A DNA stretch of 32,000 bases from Cylindrospermopsis raciborskii Cr2010. GTDB lineage: Bacteria > Cyanobacteriota > Cyanobacteriia > Cyanobacteriales > Nostocaceae. The stretch lies in NCBI RefSeq assembly GCF_003367075.2, contig NZ_CP065936.1, positions 900,001 through 932,000 on the forward strand. The letters run 5' to 3'. Under the pieces are notes generated by a model that searched no databases, was not told where the DNA came from, and saw only the letters and a program-made list of their open reading frames with translations. The position numbers and the translations under genes are program-made. This document shows positions 20,138 to 29,162 of this stretch, piece after piece (position 1 is the stretch's first letter; each line of letters opens with the position of its first letter).

Positions 20138-20893
20138 GGCGTTGCATAATAGAGGTATGAATTGAGGTAATCTACTGTGCATTGTCCAAACTGCGGGTCT
20201 TCCAAAATCAGAAAGAATGGCAAACGTCGAGGTAAACAAAATCACATTTGTGTTGATTGTGGTCGTCAATTTATCGATGTCTATAGTCCACCTAAAGGCT
20301 ATTCAGAAGAAGTTAAACAAAGTTGCCTGCGCTCTTATGTTAACGGTATGGGATTTAGAGCAATTGAACGCGATAAAGGCGTTCATCATACAACTATTAT
20401 TTACTGGCTAAAACAAATTGGTTCCATACTTCCAGATGCTCCACCAGTTGAGGAAACACCCTTGGTAGGTGAGCTTGATGAGTTGGAGACCTTTGTGGGA
20501 TCAAAAAAAAACAAAATATGGTTGTGGACAGCAGTAAATCACTTCCGTAAAAATATCCTGGCTTGGGTTGTGGGAGACCACAGCTCACAAGCATTTCAAC
20601 CTTTGTGGGACATCGTTAAACTCTGGCAATGCTTTTTTTATGTTACTGATGGGTGGAGGGTTTATCCGAGTTTTATTCAGCCAGAGGATCATATTGTGAG
20701 CAAAACATATATGACTAGGGTAGAGGGTGAAAATACACGTTTACGTCACTACTTAGCGCGACTACATAGAAAAACGCTATGCTATTCAAAATCTGTAGAT
20801 ATGCTTAGGTATTCAATTAAATTATTACTTCACTATTTAAAGTATGAAGTAATACCCGCGTTTAGTTGATTCATCCCGCAAATATGCAACGCC
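20138..20893 (+). mobile_element. Complete IS1-family insertion sequence, 756 bp
   Basis: Left end GGCGTTGCATAATAGAGGTATGAATTGA and right end (reverse complement) GGCGTTGCATATTTGCGGGATGAATCAA match at 22/28. A 9-bp direct repeat CAATAATAA flanks at 20129-20137 and 20894-20902. An intact single-ORF transposase lies inside. Confidence 0.95.
20177..20869 (+). CDS. IS1-family transposase (GTG start)
   Basis: N-terminal zinc finger CPNCGSSKIRKNGKRRGKQNHICVDCGRQF, then GELDELETFVGSKKNKIWLWTAV, VTDGWRVY, RVEGENTRLRHYLARLHRKTLCYSKS (IS1 DDE-like core). Confidence 0.93.
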   Translation: MHCPNCGSSKIRKNGKRRGKQNHICVDCGRQFIDVYSPPKGYSEEVKQSCLRSYVNGMGFRAIERDKGVHHTTIIYWLKQIGSILPDAPPVEETPLVGELDELETFVGSKKNKIWLWTAVNHFRKNILAWVVGDHSSQAFQPLWDIVKLWQCFFYVTDGWRVYPSFIQPEDHIVSKTYMTRVEGENTRLRHYLARLHRKTLCYSKSVDMLRYSIKLLLHYLKYEVIPAFS

Positions 20894-20942
20894 CAATAAT
20901 AATAGTTCCGAGAATCTTATACTGGCATTTATCAATAAAAAA

Positions 20943-21704
20943 ATGCCAGAAATTATACCTCCGTTTATTGCCATAGTTGCCTTTTTGGTTGTTTGGCAGG
21001 TATTTTCCTTAGTAGGTGGTACGTTACCCGGACCAATTCAAGTAGTACAAGACACTTGGCAATTGATTATTTACCCATTTTATGATCGAGGTGGGATTGA
21101 CAAAGGTCTATTCTGGCAAGTTTTTGCCAGTTTACAAAGGGTGGCTATTAGTTACACATTAGCTGCTGTGGTAGGGATAGGTTTAGGAATTTTAATTGGT
21201 GTAAATACCACCATGTCCAAGGCCTTAGATCCCCTATTTCAATTGCTAAGAACCGTACCACCCTTAGCTTGGGTACCTATTTCTTTAGCTGCGTTAAGAC
21301 AGAATGAACCAGCGGCATTGTTCGTAATTTTTATCACCTCTCTTTGGCCGATTCTCATTAATACTGCTGTTGGTGTCAAAGAAATACCCGTGGATTATAA
21401 TAATGTGGCTAAGGTCTTACAACTTTCCCAAAAAGAGTATTTCTTCAACGTCTTGATTCCTGCAGCGTTACCCTACATTTTCACCGGGTTAAGAATTTCC
21501 ATTGGGTTAGCATGGTTGGCGATTATCGCAGCAGAAATTGTCATGTCCGGTATTGTTGGTATTGGGTTCTTTATTTGGGATGCTTATCAAGCTAACAAGG
21601 TGAGTGAAGTAATCTTAGCCCTGGTTTACATTGGGGTTGTGGGTTTACTGCTGGATAAATTCATGGCTTGGTTACAAACAAGAATTTTACCAGAACAAAA
21701 ATAG
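20943..21704 (+). CDS. cmpB: Bicarbonate ABC transporter permease CmpB, N-terminally truncated by the upstream IS
   Basis: IPPFIAIVAFLVVWQVFSLVGGTLPGPIQVVQDTW...RTVPPLAWVPISLAALRQNEPAALFVIFITSLWPILINTAVGV, including the permease EAA-like loop. Confidence 0.88.
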   Translation: MPEIIPPFIAIVAFLVVWQVFSLVGGTLPGPIQVVQDTWQLIIYPFYDRGGIDKGLFWQVFASLQRVAISYTLAAVVGIGLGILIGVNTTMSKALDPLFQLLRTVPPLAWVPISLAALRQNEPAALFVIFITSLWPILINTAVGVKEIPVDYNNVAKVLQLSQKEYFFNVLIPAALPYIFTGLRISIGLAWLAIIAAEIVMSGIVGIGFFIWDAYQANKVSEVILALVYIGVVGLLLDKFMAWLQTRILPEQK

Positions 21705-21754
21705 TTACTGCCTTTTTCTTACCCATTATTATCTACCATTCACAACCTAAACCT

Positions 21755-23758
21755 ATGTCTGTATTTGTTGCTGTTGATCAAATTGACAAAGTCTTTGAAC
21801 TAAGTAATGGCGGTCAATATATTGCCCTCAAAGGTATTGACCTACAAATTAAAAAGGGTGAATTTATTTCTCTCATTGGCCACTCCGGTTGTGGTAAATC
21901 CACCCTCCTCAATATGATTGCTGGACTGGATTTACCCACAGAGGGTTTAGTCACCCTAGAAGGACAGAGAATCAAAAAACCCGGTCCAGATAGAATGGTA
22001 GTATTTCAAAACTACTCTCTATTACCATGGCGAACTGTGAGAGAAAATATTGCCCTAGCAGTAGATTCCGTCCTAAGTGGAATGCCAGCGGGAGAACGTA
22101 AATCTGTAGTTGAAAGACATATAGATATGGTAGGTTTACGTCCCCATGCAGACAAACAACCATCCATGTTATCAGGTGGACAAAAACAAAGAGTAGCGAT
22201 CGCCCGGGCCTTAGCAATCCGTCCTAAATTATTACTACTAGACGAACCTTTTGGCGCATTAGATGCACTGACCAGGGGAAATTTGCAAGAACAATTAATG
22301 CAAATTTGTGAAGAGAATCAGGTAACTGCGGTAATGGTGACCCATGACGTGGATGAAGCTGTGTTATTATCAGATAGAATCGTCATGTTAACCAACGGAC
22401 CAGAGTCCAAAATTGGGGATATTTTAGAAGTAGATATTCCACGTCCTCGCAAACGGATGGAAGTAGTAGAGCATCCCAGTTACTACACCTTGCGTAGCGA
22501 GATGATTTACTTTCTCAACCAACAAAAAAGGATCAAGAAACTGCGGGCCAGAAAAACTCCCAATATTGCCCGCCATGGCTTAGAAAAAGTTAATTTGGAA
22601 GTTGGTTTTTTGCCAATTACAGCCTGCGCACCCTTGGCAATAGCCCAAGAAAAGGGTTTGTTTGCCAAACATGGTTTAGACGAAGTTCATTTGGTCAGAG
22701 AAAGTAATTGGCGAGGTATTGTTGACGGTATTAATGGCGGTTATTTAGATGCTGCTCAAATGCCATCAGGTATGCCCATGTGGTTATCTTTGGGGGGTAA
22801 TAAAAGTCAGCCCCTACCAATTGTCACCTCCTTAACCATGACCCGTAATGGTAATGCCATTACCCTAGCCAAAAGATTTTATGAACAGGGGATATATACT
22901 CTATCTGATTTCAAATCATATCTGTTACAAACCCGAGATCAGATGCACCGCATGGGGGTAGTACATCCAGCATCAATGCACAATTTACTGTTGCGTTATT
23001 GGTTAGCAGCAGGGGGAATTGATCCAGATGTGGATGTAGAGATGAAAAATATTCCCCCTGCACAAATGGTGGTGGATTTGAAGGCTAAAACTATTGATGG
23101 TTATTGTGTAGGGGAACCTTGGAATTATCGAGCTGCTGTGGAAGGTTCAGGTTTTACCATAGCCACAGATTTAGAAGTTTGGCTGGGACATCCCGGTAAG
23201 GTATTAGGTGTGAGAGAGGATTGGGCTAATGCTTATCCTAATAGCCATATTGCCTTAACCAAAGCCTTGTTGGAAGGGTGTAAATATTGTGCAGATCCTA
23301 ATAATGCACAAGAGGTGAGAGCAATATTAGCCAGTCGGGAATATGTGAACACTGATATGGATTTTATTCAGGTGGAAGATCCCAGTGGTAACACCTGCGA
23401 TTTAGACCATCCCATGCGTGAGTATGCCCACCATCAATTTTATGGTAACTCAGCAATTAATCGTCCTAGTAGGACTGAACAAACTTGGATTATGACCCAG
23501 CTGGCCAGATGGGGTGAAACTCCTTTTCCTCGCAACTGGGTAGAAATTGTGGAAAGGGTTTGTCGCGTGGGTGTATTTAGTACCGCCGCTAGGGAATTGG
23601 GTTTGGATATCAGTTATACTCGTCAACCCATTCAGTTATTTGATGGCAAACCTTTTAACGCTGATGATCCTTTTGCATATCTTAGCGCTTTAGAAATTAA
23701 ACGAGATTTTTCTGTCGCAGAAGTTGTTCTTGACATCAACAGAAAAATTGTAGCCTAG
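21755..23758 (+). CDS. cmpC: CmpC: ABC ATPase fused to a CmpA/NrtA-like substrate-binding domain (ORF opens at 21668)
   Basis: Walker A LIGHSGCGKSTL, LSGGQKQRVAIARALAIRPKLLLLDEP, then C-terminal VNLEVGFLPITACAPLAIAQEKGLFAKHGLDEVHLVRESNWRG...GYCVGEPWNYRAAVEG. Confidence 0.92.
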   Translation: MSVFVAVDQIDKVFELSNGGQYIALKGIDLQIKKGEFISLIGHSGCGKSTLLNMIAGLDLPTEGLVTLEGQRIKKPGPDRMVVFQNYSLLPWRTVRENIALAVDSVLSGMPAGERKSVVERHIDMVGLRPHADKQPSMLSGGQKQRVAIARALAIRPKLLLLDEPFGALDALTRGNLQEQLMQICEENQVTAVMVTHDVDEAVLLSDRIVMLTNGPESKIGDILEVDIPRPRKRMEVVEHPSYYTLRSEMIYFLNQQKRIKKLRARKTPNIARHGLEKVNLEVGFLPITACAPLAIAQEKGLFAKHGLDEVHLVRESNWRGIVDGINGGYLDAAQMPSGMPMWLSLGGNKSQPLPIVTSLTMTRNGNAITLAKRFYEQGIYTLSDFKSYLLQTRDQMHRMGVVHPASMHNLLLRYWLAAGGIDPDVDVEMKNIPPAQMVVDLKAKTIDGYCVGEPWNYRAAVEGSGFTIATDLEVWLGHPGKVLGVREDWANAYPNSHIALTKALLEGCKYCADPNNAQEVRAILASREYVNTDMDFIQVEDPSGNTCDLDHPMREYAHHQFYGNSAINRPSRTEQTWIMTQLARWGETPFPRNWVEIVERVCRVGVFSTAARELGLDISYTRQPIQLFDGKPFNADDPFAYLSALEIKRDFSVAEVVLDINRKIVA

Positions 23759-23793
23759 ACAGTTGTTCAACAATTTACCCCGGGAAAAATCAG

Positions 23794-24612
23794 ATGACAT
23801 CCTCTACTCAAGTCCGTAACCATCAATCCTTCCTCACAATTGAAAATGTCACTAAAATTTACCCGACTAAAAAAGGACCTTTTACTGTTTTAGATGGGAT
23901 AAATTTAGAGGTACAAAAGGGTGAGTTTATTTGTGTGATTGGCCACTCCGGGTGTGGTAAATCCACCCTATTAAATATGGTGTCTGGTTTTAACACTCCT
24001 ACCACGGGTCAGGTATTATTAGAAGGACAACCCATAGTTAAACCTGGTCCGGACCGGATGGTGGTATTCCAAAACTACGCCCTTCTACCTTGGCGAACCG
24101 CATTTGAGAATATTTATTTGGCTGTAAATGCGGTTTACCCAACTAAACCAGAAGCGGAAAAACGAGCCATTGTCCGGGAGCATTTAGTCATGGTGGGACT
24201 GTCTGATGCTATGGAGAAAAAACCCCCTCAAATGTCTGGAGGGATGAGACAGCGTGTTTCTATTGCTCGTGCCCTAGCTATTCGTCCCAAGGTTTTAATT
24301 TTAGATGAACCGTTTGGCGCTTTGGACGCTATCACCAAGGAAGAATTGCAGGAGGAGTTATTAAAAATCTGGAATGAAAACCGTTGTACTGTGTTAATGA
24401 TTACTCATGACATTGATGAGGCTTTATTTTTGGCTGATAAATTGGTCATGATGACTAATGGACCCCATGCCAAAATTGGGGAGGTGATGGAAATTCCTTT
24501 TGCACGACCACGTGAGCGGACTCTGATTATGGAAGATCCTCAATATTATCAATTGCGTAACTATGCTTTAGACTTCTTGTTTAATCGCTTTGCTCATGAT
24601 GATGTTGGTTAG
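23794..24612 (+). CDS. cmpD: CmpD: ABC transporter ATP-binding protein
   Basis: LTIENVTKIYPTKKGPFTVLDGINLEVQKGEFICVIGHSGCGKSTLLNMVSG, MSGGMRQRVSIARALAIRPKVLILDEPFGALDAITKEELQEELL. Confidence 0.92.
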   Translation: MTSSTQVRNHQSFLTIENVTKIYPTKKGPFTVLDGINLEVQKGEFICVIGHSGCGKSTLLNMVSGFNTPTTGQVLLEGQPIVKPGPDRMVVFQNYALLPWRTAFENIYLAVNAVYPTKPEAEKRAIVREHLVMVGLSDAMEKKPPQMSGGMRQRVSIARALAIRPKVLILDEPFGALDAITKEELQEELLKIWNENRCTVLMITHDIDEALFLADKLVMMTNGPHAKIGEVMEIPFARPRERTLIMEDPQYYQLRNYALDFLFNRFAHDDVG

Positions 24613-24620
24613 GATGACAA

Positions 24621-24641
24621 TAGGCGAATCACATTCGCCTA
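24621..24641. terminator. Hairpin downstream of cmpD, terminator-like or processing site
   Basis: TAGGCGAAT-CAC-ATTCGCCTA is a perfect 9-bp stem with a 3-nt loop, 8 nt after the cmpD stop. There is no strong U-run. Confidence 0.4.
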
Positions 24642-24811
24642 ATTGTACCCAACTAGGGATTCTCCTCAGCTATAGGTTAATACCTATGCAATTCATAAGA
24701 ATATATATTCAGTAAATTGTTTGCGTTGGTAAATTTTGGCTACCTAAGAAGAGTATGCTGATAGAGCAACCTAAGCATCGCTTAAACGCCATCTAAAACC
24801 AATTAACAAAC

Positions 24812-26458
24812 ATGGAAATAACTAATACTATTAACACGCGCAACTTACGGAGCGATATTTTTGGTGGTGTCACTGCGGCCATTGTCTCTTTACCACTGGC
24901 TTTAGCATTCGGTGTTGCTTCCGGTGCAGGTCCAGTTGCTGGTCTTTATGGTGCAGTTTGTGTGGGTTTTTTTGCTGCTTTATTTGGTGGAACACCCACA
25001 TTAATTTCCGAGCCCACTGGTCCCATGACTGTTGTAATTACTGGCATTATAAGTTCTTTAACAGCTATGGATCCAGAAAATGGCATGGCTATGGCTTTTA
25101 CCGTAGTTATGTTAGCGGGGATATTTCAAATCATATTTGGTATCTTCAAGCTGGGCAAATATATCACCCTCATGCCCTATAGTGTAATCTCTGGGTTCAT
25201 GTCGGGTATTGGTGTGATTTTAATTATTTTGCAAATCGCACCGTTTTTAGGGCAACCTAACCCAAAAGGGGGAGTTTTAGGAATAGTTCAAAATTTACCT
25301 CAGCTCCTAGAAAAGATTAATCCCATTGCCCTCATTTTGGGTGTAATGACTGTGGCAATTATTTATTTGACACCATCAAAGGTCAAACGCATTGTGCCAC
25401 CCCAATTAATTGCCCTAGTTTTAGGAACTATAGTTTCACTGGTCTTTTTTAGTAATGCGGATATCCCACGTATCGGTGTGATTGAAACTGGATTGCCAAA
25501 ACTGCAAATGCCAACTTTTACCCCCACTAGTGTAACGATTATGTTGGTTGATGGGGTTATGTTGGGAATGTTGGGATGTATTGATACCCTATTAACCGCA
25601 GTAATAGCTGATAGCTTAACTCGTACGGAACATAAATCTGACAAAGAGCTGATTGGACAGGGTATTGCCAATTTAGTTTCTGGTTTGTGTGGAGGTTTGC
25701 CCGGTGCTGGAGCGACCATGGGAACGGTAGTAAATATCCAAACCGGAGCACAGACGGCAATATCTGGAATCACCCGCGCTCTAATTTTGTTGGTAGTGGT
25801 TTTAGGTGCTGCCGGTGTTACTCAAAGTATTCCTATGGCTGTCTTAGCGGGAATTGCGCTGAAAGTGGGGATTGATATCCTAGATTGGAGTTTTTTAAAG
25901 CGATCTCACAAAGTTTCCTTCAAGGGTTCCATCATTATGTATGGTGTGTTACTCTTGACTGTTTTTGTAGATCTGATTGTAGCTGTGGGGATAGGTGTAT
26001 TTGTTGCTAACATCCTCACAATTGAGCGTTTGTCCAGCATGAGTTCTGAGAAAGTTAAGGCCATCAGTGACGCTGATGATGATATTGATTTAAACGAAGA
26101 AGAGAAAAGATTGCTCGACCAAGCTGGGGGTCGAATTTTGTTATTCTACTTAAGTGGTGCCATGATATTTGGCGTTTCCAAGGCCATCTCTCGTGAGCAT
26201 AATGCCATTCAAGACTGTGATGTGATTATTTTTGACCTCAGCGATGTTCCTATGATGGGTGTCACTGCTTCTTTAACTATCGAAAGTGCAATTCGGGAAG
26301 CAGTTGAAAAAGACCGACAAATTATTCTAGTTGGCATCACTGGTAAGGTTAAAAAGCGACTGGAAAATTTGGGAGTTCTAAGTTTATTACCCCCCCACCA
26401 TTTGGTGACAGAGCGCAAACAAGCTCTAGAACAAGCTATGACTTTAGTTAAAAGGTGA
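24812..26458 (+). CDS. bicA: SulP family Na+-dependent bicarbonate transporter, BicA type
   Basis: RSDIFGGVTAAIVSLPLALAFGVASGAGPVAGLYGAVCVGFFAALFGGTPTLISEPTGPMTVV, SLTRTEHKSDKELIGQGIANLVSG, C-terminal STAS domain QDCDVIIFDLSDVPMMGVTASLTIESAI. It closely resembles remembered BicA sequence. Confidence 0.88.
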   Translation: MEITNTINTRNLRSDIFGGVTAAIVSLPLALAFGVASGAGPVAGLYGAVCVGFFAALFGGTPTLISEPTGPMTVVITGIISSLTAMDPENGMAMAFTVVMLAGIFQIIFGIFKLGKYITLMPYSVISGFMSGIGVILIILQIAPFLGQPNPKGGVLGIVQNLPQLLEKINPIALILGVMTVAIIYLTPSKVKRIVPPQLIALVLGTIVSLVFFSNADIPRIGVIETGLPKLQMPTFTPTSVTIMLVDGVMLGMLGCIDTLLTAVIADSLTRTEHKSDKELIGQGIANLVSGLCGGLPGAGATMGTVVNIQTGAQTAISGITRALILLVVVLGAAGVTQSIPMAVLAGIALKVGIDILDWSFLKRSHKVSFKGSIIMYGVLLLTVFVDLIVAVGIGVFVANILTIERLSSMSSEKVKAISDADDDIDLNEEEKRLLDQAGGRILLFYLSGAMIFGVSKAISREHNAIQDCDVIIFDLSDVPMMGVTASLTIESAIREAVEKDRQIILVGITGKVKKRLENLGVLSLLPPHHLVTERKQALEQAMTLVKR

Positions 26459-26475
26459 TAATCAAAGATTGATAG

Positions 26476-26511
26476 GGGGAATGAAGCAAATGTTATATTT
26501 GATCGTTCCCC
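26476..26511 (+). terminator. Possible terminator of bicA
   Basis: GGGGAA-tgaag-CAAAT-gttat-ATTTG-atcg-TTCCCC forms a two-part stem-loop downstream of the bicA stop, followed by gttctttta. Confidence 0.35.
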
Positions 26512-26535
26512 GTTCTTTTACCCAAACCCTGAACA

Positions 26536-27129
26536 ATGCGCTTGACCTTTTCTGAGGAAATAAAATCTTTGCTACAGCGTCTAGCACACCAACCTCTAAC
26601 CTTGGGTGACGTGCTGGAAACAACCTCTCAACGCGGATTCATTCTAGTCATTGCTTTATTGGTTTTACCATTCTTGTTCCCTATGCCACCCGGACTCACG
26701 GGTCCTCTTGGCTCCGCTTGTTTGCTCTTATCATTGCAAATGCTTTTGGGCAGGCGATCGCCCTGGTTACCAAAAAAAATTGCCAATTATCAGTTTCCCC
26801 GGGTTTTTGCCCAAACTATTCTTCACAACCTAGGTAGGGTCACCAGGTTGTTAGAAAAAATTGCCCGTCCTCGCTTGACAAAATTGGCAAATCATGATAT
26901 TACCTGGAGGTGTAACGGTCTTTGCATTTCCTGGTTGGCTATTTTACTTATTTCTCCTGTACCTTTGACTAATCCCATACCCACCATTGGCATTTTACTG
27001 TTTGCTGCGGCTAGTATGGAGTCAGATGGACTACTTGTATGTATTTGCTATGTATTAACACTATTAATCACCCTAATTTTCTACCTCATTGTCTATGGAG
27101 TTTTACAGCTCCCTGGTTTGATTACATAA
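26536..27129 (+). CDS. ExoD family exopolysaccharide synthesis-related membrane protein
   Basis: LTFSEEIKSLLQRLAHQPLTLGDVLETTSQRGFILVIALLVLPFLFPMPPGLTGPLGSACLLLSLQMLLGRRSPWLP. Confidence 0.85.
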   Translation: MRLTFSEEIKSLLQRLAHQPLTLGDVLETTSQRGFILVIALLVLPFLFPMPPGLTGPLGSACLLLSLQMLLGRRSPWLPKKIANYQFPRVFAQTILHNLGRVTRLLEKIARPRLTKLANHDITWRCNGLCISWLAILLISPVPLTNPIPTIGILLFAAASMESDGLLVCICYVLTLLITLIFYLIVYGVLQLPGLIT

Positions 27130-27353
27130 AGATTACTGGCACTATTGACATTTATGGGGGGTGTCTTATAATCCTAGTTAAGGTAGGTTCCAATCAATAT
27201 TTAACGAGTATGAAAATAAATCCCCCAGCCAATAACGAACAGTTAATAACTGAGGGTAACAATGTAATTAAGGTGCATTTACTAGTTTGATTATTCCTAC
27301 GGGATAACATGGAATCCGGAAAATTTATTTGATTTCTGTTTAATTTCCATGTT

Positions 27354-27384
27354 TTTAAAAAAACCCCCAGTTTTGGCCGGGGGG
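27354..27384 (-). terminator. Rho-independent-like terminator for the metal ABC permease
   Basis: On the minus strand, CCCCCGGCCAAAACTGGGGG is followed by TTTTTTTT. Confidence 0.6.
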
Positions 27385-27445
27385 ATTGATCAATTAAGGT
27401 TTCAATGTTTTCAAGGGCCAATCTGTAAAATCGGGAAGGTAATTC

Positions 27446-28294
27446 CTACCTTCCATGTTTTACAAGGGCTCCCAAAACTCTGGATTTGGGACTAAATAAA
27501 AAAGCTAGGACAAATGCTGTGCAAACGACTAATACAATAGCTGGTCCAGAGGGTAAATTATAGAAGTAACTCAGATAAATTCCTACAATACTAGAAATTA
27601 TGGCGATCGCAGCTCCTAGGATCATAACTTGATGTAGTCTGTTAACTAATAGGTACGCTGTAGCACCAGGGGTAATCAACATTGATAGGACTAAAATCAC
27701 TCCCACTGCTTTCATACTAGCAACAATGGTTAGGGAAATGAGCAACATCAAACTAATGTTGAGTTGATTAACTGGTAGACCAGCAACCTGGGCTCCTATG
27801 GGATCAAAGGTATAGAATAGTAGTTCTTTGTAGAGTAAAAAAACGATAATTAAGGCCACAGCAGCAAGGATGGCCGTATCCCTAACCTCATTGGGGGTAA
27901 CACCTAGAATATTGCCAAAAAGAAAGTGATTGAGGTCGATTTTATTAGCTTTTTGAATCCCTGTAATGAGTGTGACACCAAGAGCAAAAAAACCAGAAAA
28001 TACGATCCCCATAGCTGCATCCTCCTTAATAGGAGACCGGTTTTTAATCACTGCTATAGCTACCGTGCTTACCATAGCAGCAATAAAAGCTCCCACAAAT
28101 ATATTCGCACCTATTATAAAGGCGATCGCCAGTCCTGGTAAAACGGAATGACTAATAGCATCGCCTAGTAGTGCCAGACGTTGTACCATTAAATAAGTAC
28201 CAACCACAGCACATAACAAACCAATTAACACTGCAACTATTAGTGAGCGTTGCATAAATCCATACTGCAACGGCTCCATTATTTCGCTTAACAT
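27446..28294 (-). CDS. mntB: Metal (Mn/Zn type) ABC transporter permease
   Basis: LLCAVVGTYLMVQRLALLGDAISHSVLPGLAIAFIIGANIFVGAFIAAM...GVILVLSMLITPGATAYLL is an ABC-3 family membrane domain. Confidence 0.85.
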   Translation of the reverse strand: MLSEIMEPLQYGFMQRSLIVAVLIGLLCAVVGTYLMVQRLALLGDAISHSVLPGLAIAFIIGANIFVGAFIAAMVSTVAIAVIKNRSPIKEDAAMGIVFSGFFALGVTLITGIQKANKIDLNHFLFGNILGVTPNEVRDTAILAAVALIIVFLLYKELLFYTFDPIGAQVAGLPVNQLNISLMLLISLTIVASMKAVGVILVLSMLITPGATAYLLVNRLHQVMILGAAIAIISSIVGIYLSYFYNLPSGPAIVLVVCTAFVLAFLFSPKSRVLGALVKHGR

Positions 28295-28315
28295 AAATAA
28301 TATTAAAAATGAAAA

Positions 28316-29092
28316 TTATATTGTAAAGTAAGCACGTTGTAGATTAGTTTCTGTAAGTACATGCAGACGAGGTCCACTAGCTATAAGTTGACAGTTAAGT
28401 AGAATTAAATCGTCAAAATGGTTAATTGACTGACCCAGATCGTGATTGACCACCAGGACAATTTTTCCTCGATCTGTGAGTTCTTGAAAAATGTTAAAAA
28501 GGACACCTTGAGTTTTGTGATCTATGCCGACGAAGGGTTCATCAAAACAAAAAATTTCAGGTTCTTGAGTTAGAGCGCGGGCCAGGAATACCCTTTGTTG
28601 TTGTCCTCCGGAAAGCTCTCCTATAGGTCGGTCAGTATATTTTAACATTTCTACCCGTTCCAATGCTGTCATTGCTATTTGCCGACTCATACTAGAAAAA
28701 CTACGTAACCAACCGGTTTTTTTCACTCTTCCCGTCATGACCACATCCCAGACCGTAGCGGGGTAGTTCCAGTCAATTTGGCTTCTTTGGGGGACATAGG
28801 CAACTTTTTCTAGTTGGTCTACTAATGGCCTACCGTCATACAGTACACTACCCATACTCATGGGGACTAATCCTAGAATTGCTTTGATCAACGTACTCTT
28901 ACCAGCACCATTAGGTCCAAAAATTCCTGTTAATCTTCCTGCTTTAATAGTACAGGTTATATCCTGTAAAGCGTCTTGTCTATGGTATTGTACTCCTAAA
29001 TGGGAAATATGAATATCCCTAAACTCTCTATTTATGGGCATCCTTTGAGGTGTTTTTAGTAATAGACCAAATTTTGGGGAGGTGTTTTGCAT
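28316..29092 (-). CDS. mntA: Metal (Mn/Zn type) ABC transporter ATP-binding protein
   Basis: GIFGPNGAGKSTLIKAILGLVPMSMGSV, VAYVPQRSQIDWNYPATVWDVVMTGR, LSGGQQQRVFLARALTQEPEIFCFDEPFVGID. Confidence 0.88.
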   Translation of the reverse strand: MQNTSPKFGLLLKTPQRMPINREFRDIHISHLGVQYHRQDALQDITCTIKAGRLTGIFGPNGAGKSTLIKAILGLVPMSMGSVLYDGRPLVDQLEKVAYVPQRSQIDWNYPATVWDVVMTGRVKKTGWLRSFSSMSRQIAMTALERVEMLKYTDRPIGELSGGQQQRVFLARALTQEPEIFCFDEPFVGIDHKTQGVLFNIFQELTDRGKIVLVVNHDLGQSINHFDDLILLNCQLIASGPRLHVLTETNLQRAYFTI

Positions 29093-29122
29093 AGTAGGAT
29101 TGATAATTCTTGAGATCCTACT
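29093..29122. promoter_or_regulatory. Inverted repeat AGTAGGAT-N14-ATCCTACT in the divergent mntA/mntC intergenic region
   Basis: Two perfect 8-bp arms at 29093-29100 and 29115-29122, between the divergent starts at 29092 and 29163. Confidence 0.4.
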
Positions 29123-29162
29123 TTGAGCTTACTATGAAGAAGGCTAAAAATATGAGACAAAT

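Noticed and set aside
20075-20269. Minus-strand ORF and other ORFs inside the IS (20217-20411, 20397-20594)
   Set aside because: These overlap the clear transposase gene and IS end and show no recognisable protein features. They are shadow ORFs.
18684-24612. Nitrate/nitrite transporter (nrtABCD) assignment for the ABC operon
   Set aside because: The NrtA and CmpA families are close paralogues, so this cannot be excluded by eye. The adjacent BicA-type gene, the absence of nirA, narB or nrtP neighbours, and the CmpA-like STGDPWPYR and [14 protein letters not shown] sequences favour bicarbonate. A phylogeny would decide.
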